A DNA stretch of 64,000 bases from Gordius albopunctatus (taxonomy: Eukaryota), in NCBI GenBank assembly GCA_964276515.1, contig OZ193909.1, positions 15,128,001 to 15,192,000 of the forward strand, read 5' to 3'. Within the stretch, counting starts at the first letter, position 1; every line of letters starts with the position of its first letter. Positions 63,240-64,000 of the stretch are shown piece by piece. Both the position numbers and the translations under genes were made by a program. A model generated the notes under the pieces. That model had not been told where the DNA came from and did not search any database. It was given only the letters and a program-made list of their open reading frames with translations.

Positions 63240-63287
63240 GAATGATGGTGTGTCTTTGTTTTCTGCTTATATACTCTTTGTCACGTG
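63240..63287 (-). promoter_or_regulatory. Putative Pol II core promoter directly after the RNase H ORF stop
   Basis: On the minus strand: CACGTG (63287-63282), TATATAA (63273-63267) and Inr-like TCATTC whose A (63243) lies 30 nt from the first T of the TATA box. Confidence 0.5.
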
Positions 63288-63288
63288 T

Positions 63289-64000
63289 TTACCGAGGGAT
63301 TTCGCTTTCGTTTTCCTCGCTGCTTTCCCCAAGGTTTTCGTTCTCCCAAAAACCTAGATCTATTTGGTCGTCTATTTCGTCGGGCTGGATCTCCGGTATC
63401 TCGAATCCTTGTGGAGGGATGTTGGAGTGGCTATCAGGCAACGAATATCTTTCTGGCGGCATCCAGGTTCTGGAAGGTAGGTCGGCTGGGTTACTGTTTG
63501 TTGATATCCACTTTATGTTGTAGTGTAGCTTTAGGAGGTGGGATACGTCGTAGGCGGCTACGAAGTTTGCAATAATGGTTTCCAGTATGGGAGAATTCGA
63601 TCCTCCCTTTAGTAGTACGAAGTACGCTGTTGTGGAATCGGTGACGACCTTTGGGTAATTTGCCCCATTATGGATTGCATGTAGGTAGGCGTAGATAGCT
63701 GCAATTGTTTCCGTGGCGGTTATGTGTCCTTCGTGTACCCATTCCAGACCTATTGCTCGTGCTGCGTCCCTGAAGGTTATAGAGAAGTTCTGATCTCCCC
63801 ATGAGATACCGATATGGTCGTCTGAGGCATCAGCATATATTGTTGTGTCGTGCTCCCTGTGCAGGGGTATGATTTGTCCCAGGATTTCCAGGCATCCTTG
63901 TAGTTTTGCCTGGGCTGCCGGCCTGTCGTGGGTCGTGATGTTGTTGTTTGCGGCTATCGCATAAAAGGTGCTGAACAGCCTTGGCATTCCCGTAAGGTTG
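63289..64000 (-). mobile_element. C-terminal part of a retroelement polymerase ORF with DIRS/Ngaro- or hepadna-type RNase H (enters from the window end)
   Basis: Intronless, GC-richer ORF with IYADAS..IG, HITATETIAA, VVTDSTTA..KGGSNS and WISTNSNPADLPSR, followed by an acidic tail. Confidence 0.8.

Noticed and set aside
63218..63575. Plus-strand ORFs opposite the RNase H as possible overlapping viral genes
   Set aside because: Short, antisense to the polymerase ORF and without recognisable motifs; expected by chance in GC-richer sequence.

Overview
AT-rich, repeat-dense eukaryotic (metazoan, probably invertebrate) genomic DNA with many very short introns (36-50 nt). Four spliced host genes can be assembled by hand: a WW-PDZ-FERM scaffold (FRMPD4/Preso-like, +, ~12957 to at least 23720, tail probably to ~28 kb), SEC13 (+, 33535-41833, complete), a short ADAMTS-type zinc metalloprotease (-, 52244-45769, complete) and a probable SHOC1/Zip2-like meiotic XPF-domain gene (-, 57273 to at least 60787). 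The rest is mostly transposons: Ty3/Gypsy fragments, an RTE LINE holding three nested insertions (Helitron, hAT MITE, CRE-like retrotransposon), many hAT elements and MITEs with 8-bp TSDs, a foldback element nested in a Helitron in a SEC13 intron, DINE-1/HINE-like elements, a tRNA-derived SINE and a Penelope-like element. The most unusual feature is at the right edge: the C-terminus of a polymerase-like ORF with a DIRS/Ngaro- or hepadnavirus-type RNase H, followed directly by a TATA/Inr promoter, two stem-loops and poly(A) signals, with no tyrosine recombinase or integrase visible downstream. All family assignments come from motif recognition by eye, with no database searches.
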